Source: Laetmonice hystrix
Taxonomy: Eukaryota
Assembly: GCA_965235115.1 (NCBI GenBank)
Contig: OZ249436.1
Coordinates: 48,486,001 to 48,550,000, forward strand
DNA: 64,000 nucleotides
Reading direction: 5' to 3'
Part shown: positions 10,170 through 23,263 of the stretch, one piece after another
Position numbering within the stretch: position 1 is the stretch's first letter
How the letters are laid out: every line of letters begins with the position of its first letter
Position numbers and translations under genes: made by a program
Notes under the pieces: generated by a model
Database searches by the model: none
Told to the model about the DNA's origin: nothing
Seen by the model: the letters and a program-made list of their open reading frames with translations, nothing else

Positions 10170-11520
10170 ACAATGCTTACATAAGGAGGTTTTTGTCTAG
10201 GGTGAGGAGGACCTTTTTCGTGAGGGGGTTTTCGTGGATGCGAAATATTTGAGAAAATAGCAAACATCAACACAACCCCCCCCCTCCTTCGAAAAATACC
10301 ATGTACTTTATCTGTTAAAACATCAAAGGTCTGCTAGATGTTCTATGCCATGTCGGATTAACACAATTATCTGAGAACTTTTCGATATGAACAAGGCAAT
10401 TATAGTTGCCATGCAAAAGAGTTGATACACGCTCTGCTTGCTTTCCAAGGGAGTGGAAACAGGCAGTACCTAACAACATAAGAGGAAATAATGTTGATTT
10501 TTTGTTTATAGAGAGCAATATAAGTTATGTTCCCAGAGCTTTGTAAATATTTGATAACGTTTGTTATGAATGAGACTCGGGATAATTAAATAAAGGCTTG
10601 TTTGATCTAATTTTCCATATTCCACCTTGACTGTTCACTTCCAGACAACAGCCCAATGAGCAATACCGTGTTGTTGGCCAGCTAAACAGCTCTAGTTTAT
10701 CGAGGAATTAAATAATTTCCATTGTTCTTTACAAGTCTTTCGCCAAATGTCAGAGCAATCAGGAACAATGTTCCATGTGTTTTGAGATCTTTGTAGTTCC
10801 TTTTCAAATAAATTATATATTTGTGATATGAAGCTACCCGAAGGCTGGTTTCTGAGTGCACGATATGTTATACGTTCAGAGAACAATTTTAGAAACATAG
10901 ACGTACTATCCAATTACTGGTATAGATAAATACATGTAACCCTATCAGATTATAGTGCATGGCAAGCCTTGTGTGCAGGCCGGCCCGTTGGCTATTACTG
11001 ACACCGTATCGATCTTTCTTTCCTCCTGCAAGAAGATTGCTATTGATTATTTATTGCGTAATTTAACTATTATTGCGCACGGTGACATTAACGTTTCCTG
11101 GCTTGAGCTCAGGTTTATACTGATCAAACCTAAAGGTTTCTGTAGATGGCTCAGACTCAAATATGAGTTTCTCCGTGCTGTATCACTCAAACTTAAATTT
11201 ACTTAAAATTGAGACGTTCAGAGATGCCTTCCTCAAACTAAACAACAAGATTATATGATTTCAGATTGGTTTAACTCATGGTTGAGCACCCGACTCAAAC
11301 TTTGAGGTTGGAATCAATTGAATTGATTCTTTCGCGAACGATTAGAACACTGCGTATAATCTTCGATGTTGGAGATTGCTCAGAAAAAGAGAGGGAGAGG
11401 GAGAGAAAATGAATCGTAAACTACTAAATATGACCTTTCTATAATAAACTATAGGCCGGTCGATTCACGTGAAGGAAAAAAATATACATCTGGTTCTATA
11501 CAGTTCAGCGTATTTCAATA

Positions 11521-11690
11521 ATAATACAAACACGTAACGGGACGAGGGTCCTTCACGGCGGGAAAGTATGGAACGAGATGCCTGGCACATGAATACGGCA
11601 CGACACCGAAGGCGGAGTGCCGTATTCGTGCGCATCGAGTTCCATACTTTTCTGCCGTAAAGGACCCTCGTCCCAGTAATTGTTTATTAT
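11521..11690. mobile_element. Fully palindromic small element with a CCGAAGG apex
   Basis: Arms GGGACGAGGGTCCTT...AAAGTATGGAAC / GTTCCATACTTT...AAGGACCCTCGTCCC, inner GAATACGGCAC / GTGCCGTATTC, apex CCGAAGG at 11606-11612, ends ATAATA.. / ..TTTATTAT. Confidence 0.8.
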
Positions 11691-12499
11691 ATGCGCTTGT
11701 ATTATTTCTAATTTAAAGAAAACAAACAACATTAAACAAAAATTAACAACGATTTATAAAGACTCCCGGGACCGAAAGTTGGGAATTGGGGAGGTTATAA
11801 ATCCAGTCCCCCCTCCCATTTGAAACATCTGAAAGTGTTACTATATCGTTCTAGTTGATACTACCGTGAGGAGTTAGTCTTAATTAATATTCATGTAAAC
11901 CTGAATGTCATAAAGATCAATCCTCATTTCATAGTTATAAACAACATCATTTGAGACCGCTGCTGCTCAAAAGTTTTAACGTGGTGCATGGGCATAGAGA
12001 CGTACGATACAGAAAATAGAAGGCTAGACCTAACGTGTAGACCCCAACATTTGTCGTTTTATCGAACGATCCATAAAAATACTACAGAGGCAGACACTAC
12101 AAAGGTCACTAGATATTTTCAGAATATTATAGCATTTTAATTTACCTCTGTAAACATCACCGTAGGCCCTTGATTCGACAGAGCTTAGATTGGAATCTGG
12201 CTGTCTGTTGTGATATTTAACATCATTATCAAAGTTTTGGGAACTTTTAAATTTCCAAACAATGCTCGCTGTGTTCATAACTATCAGGAGTCTCGCTAAG
12301 AATTATCGCTAATAGAAAGACATCCGTGGAGACCTTTTGATGTGGGGAATAATTCTGGCTACTGTCTTGTATAGGTTGTCGCGACAAATTTTGCATGACA
12401 AGGACGTACTGCGAGGTGGAAAGGTCACACATTTTCAGGGGGTTTTTACTTTTTTGATGGGTTTCACATTTCAGACTGATCAAAAGCCAAATATCTCTA

Positions 12500-12592
12500 T
12501 TTTACGGACCACCGTATGGCACCTCCTGAATTTTACGGACCACCGTAATGGCACCTCCTGAATTTTACGGATCACCGTAATGGCACCTCCTG
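12500..12592. repeat. Tandem repeat, ~32-bp unit x 3
   Basis: TTTTACGGACCACCGTAATGGCACCTCCTGAA repeated. Confidence 0.9.
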
Positions 12593-13044
12593 ATTGGCAT
12601 TGGCAGATAGAATGCGCAGTGCCAGTATTGTACTCTTAATGGACGCATTTTTTTTATTGAAAAAAATATTTTTTAAGGGGTATTCAAGGTCAAAATCCTG
12701 CGAACACCTTGTAAATATTGTCCAAATGCACCTTGGAGGGAACTGAGGTATTGCCACATAAAAGCTCGATGCAGCTGCAATTCGGCTGCAAGGAGTTTGG
12801 CAGTCTTGTATCGACGGATCGACCCTAGGCAGGGTTGGGGCACAGCGAGTGCACATGACCGAAGCCATACGACGGCGGCCAATATCATACACCGGTATGG
12901 ACACGGGAAATGGAAATAGGTAAATAAGAACTGCAGGTGCAGTGAACTGATCTCGTTTCAGGATGGAGTATAAGAAGGAAACTTGCGTTATTTGCTAATT
13001 GTCCTTACCTTTGGCCGGTGAAAACGGTAACTTATAGAGACATT

Positions 13045-13262
13045 TATGGATTGTTTCCACGAAGGCTATTGTCCTTTTGACGTCCATGCTATTTTGACAT
13101 CACCCTTTTATTTTACTGCGATTTTGAGATTAAATTATGGAACCATTTTCCAACATGGGGGGGGGGGGTCAGCCAGAAAAAATTACAGAGTGAAATTCCA
13201 TTATTAAATCAAAAATCGCATGGATGTCGCAAGGACAATCACCTTAGTGGAAAAAGTCCTTA
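13045..13262. mobile_element. Degenerate MITE with ~50-bp inverted ends
   Basis: TTTCCACGAAGGCTATTGTCCTTTTGACGTCCATGC pairs with GCATGGATGTCGCAAGGACAATCACCTTAGTGGAAA. Confidence 0.6.
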
Positions 13263-13483
13263 TGTTCATTATTAATTCGCTAGGAATACGAAAGAGTTGA
13301 TACGAAAATAAATAGTAGAATTCTGCTAACACGAGCCAAGAATAAAATAAGGAATAATGTTGAAGTATTTACCCACCACCCCCCTCACGCAACAACCCAT
13401 ATCTACACTTTTATTTACAATTTTGTAGCTGATAATGCAAAACAAGAATTAAAAAAAAGATAAAAATGAAGTAAAAAAGGTCG

Positions 13484-15411
13484 ATCTCTGGCTGGAGGGG
13501 ATATCTAGATACACTGCCCACAGGTCCTGATAAATCTCTGGCTGGAGGGGATATCTAGATACACTGCCCACAGGTCCTGATAAATCTCTGGCTGGAGGGG
13601 ATATCTGGATACACTGCCCACAGGTCCTGATAAATCTCTGGCTGGAGGGGATATCTAGATACACTGCCCACAGGTCCTGATAAATCTCTGGCTGGAGGGG
13701 ATATCTAGATACACTGCCCACAGGTCCTGATAAATCTCTGGCTGGAGGGGATATCTAGATACACTGCCCACAGGTCCTGATAAATCTCTGGCTGGAGGGG
13801 ATATCTAGATACACTGCCCACAGGTCCTGATAAATCTCTGGCTGGAGGGGATATCTAGATACACTGCCCACAGGTCATGTCTCTGGCTGGAGGGGATATC
13901 TAGATACACTGCCCACAGGTCCTGATAAATCTCTGACTGGAGGGGATATCTAGATACACTGCCCACAGGTCCTGATAAATCTCTGACTGGAGGGGATATC
14001 TAGATACACTGCCCACAGGTCCTGATAAATCTCTGACTGGAGGGGATATCTAGATACACTGCCCACAGGTCCTGATAAATCTCTGACTGAAGGGGACATC
14101 TGGATACACTGCCCACAGGTCCTGATAAATCTCTGGCTGGAGGGGATATCTGGATACACTGCCCACAGGTCCTGATAAATCTCTGGCTGGAGGGGATATC
14201 TAGATACACTGCCCACAGGTCCTGATAAATCTCTGGCTGGAGGGGATATCTAGATACACTGCCCACAGGTCCTGATAAATCTCTGGCTGGAGGGGATATC
14301 TGGATACACTGCCCACAGGTCCTGATAAATCTCTGGCTGGAGAGGATATCTAGATACACTGCCCACAGGTCCTGATAAATCTCTGGCTGGAGGGGATATC
14401 TAGATACACTGCCCACAGGTCATGTCTCTGGCTGGAGAGGATATCTAGATACACTGCCCACAGGTCCTGATAAATCTCTGGCTGGAGGGGATATCTGGAT
14501 ACACTGCCCACAGGTCCTGATAAATCTCTGGCTGGAGGGGATATCTGGATACACTGCCCACAGGTCCTGATAAATCTCTGGCTGGAGGGGATATCTAGAT
14601 ACACTGCCCACAGGTCCTGATAAATCTCTGGCTGGAGGGGATATCTAGATACACTGCCCACAGGTCCTGATAAATCTCTGGCTGGAGGGGATATCTAGAT
14701 ACACTGCCCATAGGTCCTGATAAATCTCTGGCTGAAGGGGATACTAGATACACTGCCCACAGGTCCTGATAAATCTCTGGCTGAAGGGGATATCTAGATA
14801 CACTGCCCACAGGTCCTGATAAATCTCTGTCTGGAGGGGATATCTGGATACACTGCCCACAGGTCCTGATAAATCTCTGGCTGGAGGGGATATCTGGATA
14901 CACTGCCCACAGGTCCTGATAAATCTCTGGCTGAAGGGGATATCTAGATACACTGCCGACAGGTCCTGATAAATCTCTGTCTGGAGGGGATATCTGGATA
15001 CACTGCCCACAGGTCCTGATAAATCTCTGGCTGGAGGGGATATCTAGATACACTGCCCACAGGTCATGTCTCTGGCTGGAGGGGATATCTAGATACACTG
15101 CCCACAGGTCCTGTTAAATCTCTGGCTGGAGGGGATATCTGGATACACTGCCCACAGGTCCTGATAAATCTCTGGCTGGAGGGGATATCTGGATACACTG
15201 CCCACAGGTCATGTCTCTGGCTGGAGGGGATATCTAGATACACTGCCCACAGGTCCTGTTAAATCTCTGGCTGGAGGGGATATCTAGACACACTGCCCAC
15301 AGGTCCTGATAAATCTCTGGCTGGAGGGGATATCTAGACACACTGCCCACAGGTCCTGATAAATCTCTGACTGAAGGGGATATCTGGATACACTGCCTAC
15401 AGGTCCTGATA
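13484..15411. repeat. Minisatellite, 50-bp unit x ~39 with recurrent 45-bp variants
   Basis: Unit ATCTCTGGCTGGAGGGGATATCTAGATACACTGCCCACAGGTCCTGATAA. The variant CAGGTCATGTCTCTGG occurs four times. Confidence 0.97.
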
Positions 15412-17058
15412 ATGTATGGGGTATTGAGGACGGGAATGGAGTTGGTCGAACCTTCCAACGATGATATTTTATACGAGGGGGCGAGAGAAAAATAATATAG
15501 AAAACAACGACTTAAGAAACTTTTTGTGATTCTGATGATGACTCTGATGGTGAAGTTAAGATGGCGTGTGCAGAAGGCCAGTCATATTTTATGAGAACCG
15601 CTATAGTCCAATAGGTTCAGACAACTGAATGCTGAAATGTGGAATCAGCAGAGTTTTAAAGTCGAATTGTTCTATATATTCCCCGGAACATTGATTCCCG
15701 TTACATGTGTACATTCACTATTATATCAATTTAAAGCGCCACTGGTTGGAGTGCGGGTGGGGGTGGGGGTGGGGGTGGGGGTGGCAGTCCTGGAATCAAT
15801 AGACTGTCTAGCTGTGGGTCTGGCTGCCTGCACCAGTCTCATTAGCCACCCCCTGATCATGCCCTATAGACACTGTCCAAGTCAAGCTGGAGATTGGCAT
15901 CCTATAGGTAGATTCACACCGGGGGTACTATGAATTATTTGCGTTGGATTCCACGGACTTTATGAGGTACTATAAAGTGCTGGACATGTGTATGGTTTGG
16001 TATATGACCCAGGACGTATCCAGTATTGTAGCTAAATGTAGTTACATAGTTTTTCCCGTATAAAGTGTGTAAGTCGAATATCGTAATAATACATAAGGTT
16101 ATAAAATTCTAATTTAATAAGGACCCGTCATAAAATCTCTTTGGATTGAACTAGATAGTGTTTATTCATGCTTGTAAATTTTTTTTTTCATGACGAAATT
16201 ATTTTTGCAGTTCTGATGAAGACTTGGATAAACTTCTGTTCTGTTTGCCTTCTCCAGGTACATTTGTACTTCATAACGTTCAAACAACACAATGCAGTTT
16301 ATCGGTGTATTGCAAGAGCCAGTGTTACATGGAAAAACTACCCCAAAAACGGCGCTGGCTGTCGGTCTCGGCCTCTGCTGTGCCCGTGGGTTAAGGTCGG
16401 GGTAGGGTTGTGTTCTAAGCACTGTCAACTCAAAGTTGTTCCTCCCACTGTCCGGATTTAATGACTATTCGTTGCTGCCATCGTTGGCTTCGCCATTTTG
16501 AAAAAATCCAGAAATGAGGGGGGGGGGGGGGTCGCCTGAAACGGGTCAACCCCTAGCTTGGGAGGATGGCGACCATCTAGTTTACAGATAACATAAGACA
16601 GTCAAGTGGCCATGGACTGCCATCATAACAGGAAACGACTACGTCCGGCCTACTGTTAGAAACATTACAAGTAATCGGAAATCCTCAGCACGAGGGAATC
16701 CCGAATGCATTACAAGGTGACGCAGGTCACGTGTTCTCTTTGGATGAACCCTATTATGAGCCGGACACTCACGGAAAATGAGCCCAGCCACTAGGGCCCT
16801 GTCCCCGTGACATTGGAGTGGGCTGGAGCTGGGGCCTAACAAATGGTAGATGAATGGCACGCGCTTTATTTTAATATTCAATTGTGGTTAATTACCAAAG
16901 CCAGTGTGACGTCCTTCTTTCTTGCCGACGTTCACGGGCTTCAATTTCCGACTGCCGTGAAGATGTCCTTCATTGCCGTTATGGGGCGGGGAGGTCATTT
17001 ATTACTTCAGAGATTGTAGAGGATTTTAGATAGGTTCCGCAGGTTTACGTTGGCCGGT

Positions 17059-17280
17059 TAGGGCCAAAAATTGCTAGACGCGACGAATACAAATACAAAA
17101 ACGGCGTTCAATAAAAGCAAAACGATGAATACATTAGCAAAACGACGAACGGAAACACAGATACGGCACAAGCAACACGAAGACACAAACTCAAAACGAC
17201 GCAATAAACACGAAACGACGATTACAAATTGGAAACGACGAATACAAATAGGGAACAACGAACGCAAATTTAACTGAAAT
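17059..17280 (+). mobile_element. Probable DNA-transposon end with AAACGACGAA subterminal repeats
   Basis: Begins TAGGGCCAAAAATT, then a strand-biased array of about 10 AAACGA(C/T)GAA-like motifs. No partner end was found. Confidence 0.45.
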
Positions 17281-17651
17281 GATTAAATTACTATCCATGT
17301 TCAGGGCCGCACCCTGGACGAGCCCTGGTTGGAGCTAGATGAAACGGACAGATGTGTCGTGCAGGGAAGAAGCAGGATTTGCGGAATACTCATTATGATT
17401 TTAGAGAAAGATGAAGAAAATAAACTGACTTTTAATAAGTATACACCCCAGGGTTTAAGGTATTCGAACAGAAAAATCCATATCTTGTTAAAGAAAACTA
17501 TTCAATAAGTAGAAAAAAATGTAGTCTCTTCGGATAATTATGGCCTTTGCCATCTCAAATTCAGTCGGCCTTCAGAGTATACTAAAGAAGGCCTACCTGG
17601 TAGTCTACATTTTTAAAGTGCTGGGGGTCCATCTATCACACGTAATATAGC

Positions 17652-17863
17652 TTAATCCCCAAAGTACCTGTCCTATTCCCCAAGTGGCCGAAAATTGTCA
17701 AAGTCCGAAAAGGTACTACATTGGTCGGGAGTAACAACCGATAATAAAAAAGCCCTATCAAATCCAGGCCATGTATCTGTTACATTTTGAATAGGACATG
17801 CTGAGCTGTTTGAAATTTGAAATTTTATTCGCTAGCGAATAGGACAGGTAAGTGGAGGATTAA
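17652..17863. mobile_element. MITE bounded by TTAA
   Basis: TTAATCCCCAAAGTACCTGTCCTATTC pairs with GAATAGGACAGGTAAGTGGAGGATTAA. Confidence 0.7.
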
Positions 17864-18260
17864 GGTATGTAACTGGTTTATAGGTTGTCTGCTGACGTCA
17901 TCACATGACAACGTAACGTGATACTAGATCCATGATGTAGACCCTAGATTACTGAATAGGTTTTGCTGAAACTATGCAGTCCCAATCAAAAATGTTTTTC
18001 TTCAAATGCCCCTTTACCTAAAAGAGCACCATTCTAACTTAACGTTTGACATTCGATTATTGATTAAGGTTTACCTGCTGTGTTCACGTTTCTCTAGGGA
18101 AACTGTAACAACGCCAAATCCAACATTTCGTGTAAACCTTAAGTTGACGTCAAGCCTTGGAATCGGCTGGAGTAAGATCAAACTGCGCATACTCGTACTC
18201 TGGAGTACGACTCTTCTGGTTACGGATTGTGGGAAGTGAAATCGTGTTCCAACAACGCAC

Positions 18261-19292
18261 TGCACTCGGCTCACCGTCGACTAACTTCGTCATGTAGGAC
18301 GGAGGTTGCCATGTTGGGGGAGGGGGGGGGGGAGGTGGCTAGGTCGGGATTAGTGGGCCAGATGTAGACTACAACAAACTGCCGTGGTGCCGCCGTGCAA
18401 AAAATGGAGAACTCCCCAATTAGCCTGTGTCGGACTTTATAGAGTTAGAATATCTGTTTTTCCTCCCACGGGAAGAAGAGACTGTCTTGTCTCCACGGTT
18501 TTGAACTATTAGATTTGAACTATGTGCCTGTGCGTCGGGGGGAAATTCGACTATTTACTGTTCATCTATTCATGCGCGATGCCGCTTTATTGTTTTATAC
18601 GACTTTGCGCAAATCCTGGGGAAATGGCCGCTTCATAATACATCCGAGGCCTGGTTCGCCTCCGGATATGACCTATAAACAACCAATCAGAAGCAGAGTC
18701 GGTGTTCGGAGCGCAACCAATCTCCCATAATGCAGAGGGGCTTGCTTCACTACCCCTCTGCCACACCTCACTTTTTACGGGCAAAATTGGCTCTCTCCCT
18801 ATGCGTTTAACCCCGTTTTTGCAAAGTCAGCCGCCCTTTATGGTATATATAAAATTTAACGTAGGCCTACATCTAAATCCCAAAACCGAGATTATAACAA
18901 GTGACATTCACCGTACCGTACAAGAGAAATATCTGATGAAAAATTAGGAACTACATTTGCGGAGGGAAATCAGCTATAGCCGCAAATCGGTTGGCCAATT
19001 TCGGGATGATTCGAAATACTTCAGGTGTTTCCGACTAGGTACTTCCGTTCAACATAGCGGCTGCATTTGATTTCTCCGAAGATTTAGATGTTTGTGTGGC
19101 ATCATATTTTGACAGTCTGCGCTGTAAAAGTAAACAACAAGAGTGCCTCAGCAAAATCTAGCAGCCATAATTCCAGCTCGGGTGGCCCGGTCGGGGGTGT
19201 CTAGGTCAGGTTAGGGGTCGTTCAAACGGCAGTACCCAGCCTGTGGCAGAGATTGAATGAAGTGTCAATCTCTGTCCGGAGAGTGGAGTGCA
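18261..19292 (+). mobile_element. ~1 kb element inserted into an older repeat; related copy at 44093-44475
   Basis: Ends TGCACTC...GAGTGCA with flanks ACGCAC / ACGCAT. 18263-18700 aligns with 44093-44475. The flanking sequences are contiguous in the paralog at 20047-20420. Confidence 0.6.
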
Positions 19293-20046
19293 ACGCATCT
19301 GTATACGCCGGCGAAAGGGCGTACCGAAGAGAAAGAAATGCAGTGAAGAAGTAAAAAAATAGTCCAGCAAAGTAGTTTGCATTTGTACTCTTTCAAGTCA
19401 AATTAATTAGATACTTTTAAATCTTTAGGAAAAATGAAATAAATTGATAAACAACCTCTGATAATGTAATGTTTGATTATAATTATTTTGGGAGTAGTAG
19501 AAGACGTTGGTTTCAGCAAAAGCGACCTCTGGCGGAAGGGTGGAGTAAGCAGCGGTGGTGTTTGCGCCGGAGTAAAATGGGCTTGGGATAATAAAAAAAG
19601 AGCGTTTTGTCGAGATGCTGCGTTTCCCGATAGTCAATGATAGCTTCGAGAAAGTAACACTTTTCAAATATTGACACTGACTGAACAGTAGCCACACTAA
19701 ACGTCATTTGACACTCTTTTATTGTGCACTTTAACCGGAAGATCTAGTTGAGAAAATGGAGGTTACATGTTCTTCTAAGGATGAAGTGGGTGGTTAGTGG
19801 ATGAGGGGGCGTGGGACGGAAACCGGTTGTGATTATAGGGGGAGGGGCTTAGCCCGGATGTGTGTTGTATTCTGCCTTGTGAAAGACTATCTATCTGCTA
19901 GTAAGCCCTTAACTCAGCCATTAAGATTCTACTGAACCACACACTTTTAGATAGATATTATAAGTGGCCTCGAGTCTGTGTATACGAAGTACACCGTGGG
20001 ATAGCCTTTACATTATGTAGGTCCGCACTACGGAACACACTGCCAA

Positions 20047-20420
20047 CAAACTGCGCATGCTCGTACCATGGAGACTACGACCCTACTGGTTAGGGATTGT
20101 GGGAAGTCAAATCGACTTCCAACAATGCTGATCTCATCATACGCCGGTGAAGGGGCGTATAGAAATGCAGTGAAGCGGTACAAAATAGTCCAGCAAAGTA
20201 GTTTGTATTTGAACTGTTTCAACTCAAATTAGATACATTTAAATCTTTAAGAACAATGAAATGAATTGATAAACAACCTTTGATAAGGTAAGCAATTATT
20301 TTGTGAGTAGTATTTAACTGCTCGCAGGTGTCCATTTGACTCTGACACTAGTCCCGGCCTGTCCCACAATACACAACCAGGAGAAGTTGGTTCCAGCGAA
20401 AGCGACCTCTGGTGGAAGTT
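20047..20420 (+). repeat. Paralog of 18179-18260 joined to 19293-19540 (empty-site copy)
   Basis: CAAACTGCGCAT.CTCGTAC...GGATTGTGGGAAGT is followed almost directly by TACGCCGG.GAAGGG...AATAGTCCAGCAAAGTAGTTTG...AGCGACCTCTGG. Confidence 0.75.
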
Positions 20421-21266
20421 TGCACTGCCAATTGATTGGCTCCCGACAGGTAGCAAATTGTGACCTTGCTACGTGACAGGAAGGTCTAACCTTTGACCTT
20501 TGCCACACTTTCACGCATGCTTTGATAGAAAATAGGTCTACTGTAAGGCCAAAAAAAAATTCCCGGTTTCTGGTCCGAAGAAAATTTAAAAAGTGGTGCG
20601 GTGACGCGTTTTTTTTAAAGATTGTTTTTGGTGATAGCTGGCTAAGATGGTAAGCCTCATAAGAATTAACATGTAAAATGAACTCATAGATAAGGACCAT
20701 GACCTTTGCCGTCATCGCTTTGAATACAAAAACTCTTACGTTGCAGTGTTAAAGCGAGGGTCTCGTCCTTCAGCATTGTGCGATAAGGGGTCCACCCTAA
20801 CGGTCGATGTGCTATTTATAGATGTCAGTTCCTATGCTACAGCATAGGATGGACGTGAAATAGGTCACTAGGCCAAGGTGGTTGCGAGCATGGTCTAACG
20901 GACGAGACTGCTGCTTTAATGAAATGTCCATTACAACAATGGTTAGTTTTAAGCCTTACCGCTAGGTGGCAGCAAAACTCAGAGTCATCCAAGGTGAGGG
21001 CAAGAAATAAAGCACTGATGCGCGGCATCTGAAGTGACGCGCGGGGGGGGGGGGGGGCTAATATAAACTTTAATTGTTTTTTAAATTTTAGCAAGTACAA
21101 GTATCTATGAAAGAAAGAAAGAAAACAAAGACGTTCCGTCAGTTGTAGCCACCTTGAGGACCATATTCACCCCCATATTTACCCCCATATTCACTGCCAT
21201 ATTCAGGAGTGAGTGGGGTCTGTTCGGGTAGGGAGTGATCATTGTTGACACTCCATGTATAATATA

Positions 21267-21439
21267 CAGGCGCGGGTTCAGCCCTGCCGGGGGGGGGGGG
21301 GGGCTTTCGGCGAGAGGCGAACATGCGCGGAGGGTGGGGAGGGGATGCTCCCGCAGACAATTTTCGAATATATAAGGCCTAAATAATTTTTCTCATATCT
21401 TCCAGAAATGGGCGCGCCGCCCCCTTGGACCCGCGGCTG
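21267..21439. mobile_element. CAG-ended MITE with a poly-G tract (hAT-like)
   Basis: CAGGCGCGGGTTCA pairs with TGGACCCGCGGCTG. Similar ends occur at ~8483, 25546, 43271, 52822, 54405, 59820 and 63059. Confidence 0.55.
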
Positions 21440-22243
21440 CATGATATCTAGATATACTACCTTAACCGTTGCAGCTTTCCTCTTCTGTGTAACTTTGTCG
21501 CAGACGTTTCACAAATATCCTTTTTATGAACGTATTCAATCAAATAAACCCCGAAATGTCACATTTATAGTTCAGTGGAGATTTATTGTGATTGCATGAT
21601 TTTATTGTGATTGTAGCCATTTTGGCCCCCTTTTGGTCTATTTCAATGCTGCATGCCCCAGAGTTATCTTGCTACTGGACGACTGAAGAGGCCCTTTTGG
21701 GCCCGATGTTACTATCACGTACAATATAGGAGGCTTTTAAAAAAGAATTTTGTTGGAATCCTGGTTTCAGGGTCCAAATAATGCATCTTCTTAATTGTGT
21801 TGCACGCAGACATGCAGGGCAGGAGACATTGATATATAGGCTCGTCAGCTCACCGTGAGCGCATACATACTACGGGCGGTAAGGCCAAACTCGAACACTG
21901 TAATTGTGTAATGTATTCTGCAGGGGTGATATCCGCCACCCCCCACGACGCTATCATTTTCCATTGAATGTTTTAGGAAAACAATTTGCATAGAAAATGT
22001 GTTACTTCTTTACACAAAATAGCATGTTTGGTTTCGCCAAAATCATGTCGAAATCATGTCAGGTGTCCCTGGGAATCTGTCTTCCATTCTTTAACCTAAT
22101 TAAAGTCCATTCGCTCTAATTGCCCCCCTCCGTCATTAACCCCCCCCCCCCCCTATTTATTGTAGCGTTATAATGCCGCGTACCGATGCAATCGATTTTG
22201 ATCATTTTGTAATGCATTTAAACGTTGAAACGTTTGGTAAATA

Positions 22244-22470
22244 TCAGGTGGCCCAAAACATTTATAATTTTGTCATAATATTTGGAACATGATATCATGC
22301 AGTTTTTAAAATGGCCCTATTTTTAGATATTTTGACCTATTTATCTGAAATTTGTACCACATGCCCCAATTAGCCAGATGATATCATGTTCCAAATATTA
22401 TGACACTGGGGTAAAAATTATAGAAGTTACAGTCAAGAAAAGAGTGTTCCAAAATTTTTGACCCACCCGA
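22244..22470. mobile_element. TA-flanked foldback MITE (Tc1/mariner-like)
   Basis: TA|TCAGGTGGCCCAAAA ... TTTTGACCCACCCGA|TA, plus a perfect internal 28-bp inverted repeat (22271-22298 / 22378-22405). Confidence 0.65.
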
Positions 22471-23037
22471 TATCCGTCTCTATCAGTCTATTGCGTATTA
22501 CTGAGTCGGAAGAGTATCTAACCACACACATAAACTCTATTATAGGGGAAGAAGTTCCCACGTTTTTAGTAAAAACAACGTTGACAAAGACATGTAATAC
22601 ATTGTGCAGCGACTACAAAAGAAATATTCCACTAGATACTAAGTACATCGTTAAGCACCAAATAACTAGGTTACTTAATCCCATATTCTTATTTTGGTGA
22701 ATCACTTTCTTTTTAATCATAAAGTGTGCTGCGATCGACATTCACAATTGGGGCAGTGGATCTAGTCTTACGTTGAGAAAGGGATTTAAAAAGAATTCAG
22801 TAACCAGATGTTTGGAGTGTTCCAAATATTCCGACATCTGTATCCTCTATAGCGTACAAACTATGGACAAATTCTGTTGAAGGCAATTGTGAATCATTGT
22901 GAATGAAAAGGTACACTAACGGGGTTGCATTATTTGTAACCCGCCCTGCATGCAGTCAGGTATGTATGTACACAGGTGCACTTTCAATCAAGGGCCTGTC
23001 CGTCACCCGGACGGGGAAATTGATTGGGTGTTGTATA

Positions 23038-23174
23038 CAGAGGCATTCATAGAGAGGGAGGGAGGGAGGGAAGGAGGGAGGGAGGGGGAGGGGGGGGAGG
23101 GAGGGAAACAGAATCAGCACGGATCTCTGTATCTGTATCTGTCTCTGTCTGTCTGTCCGTCCGTCTGTCTGTCC

Positions 23175-23211
<37 letters not shown>

Positions 23212-23221
23212 GCTCTCTCTC

Positions 23222-23260
<39 letters not shown>
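23038..23260 (+). repeat. Compound microsatellite module, copy 1
   Basis: CAGAGGCATTCATAGAG-(GGGA)n-ACAGAATCAGCACGGATCTCTGTATCTG-(TCTG)n-(CT)n. An inverted copy lies at 26686-26883. Confidence 0.9.

Positions 23261-23263
<3 letters not shown>

Noticed and set aside
10315..10913. Possible decayed L1/Tx1-like LINE C-terminal region on the minus strand
   Set aside because: Only vague Trp spacing and composition, with no diagnostic motif readable. A translated search would be needed.
13449..15458. Repetitive ORFs (MGSVSRYPLQPEIYQDLW...)
   Set aside because: These are translations of the 50-bp minisatellite cycling through frames, with no coding evidence.
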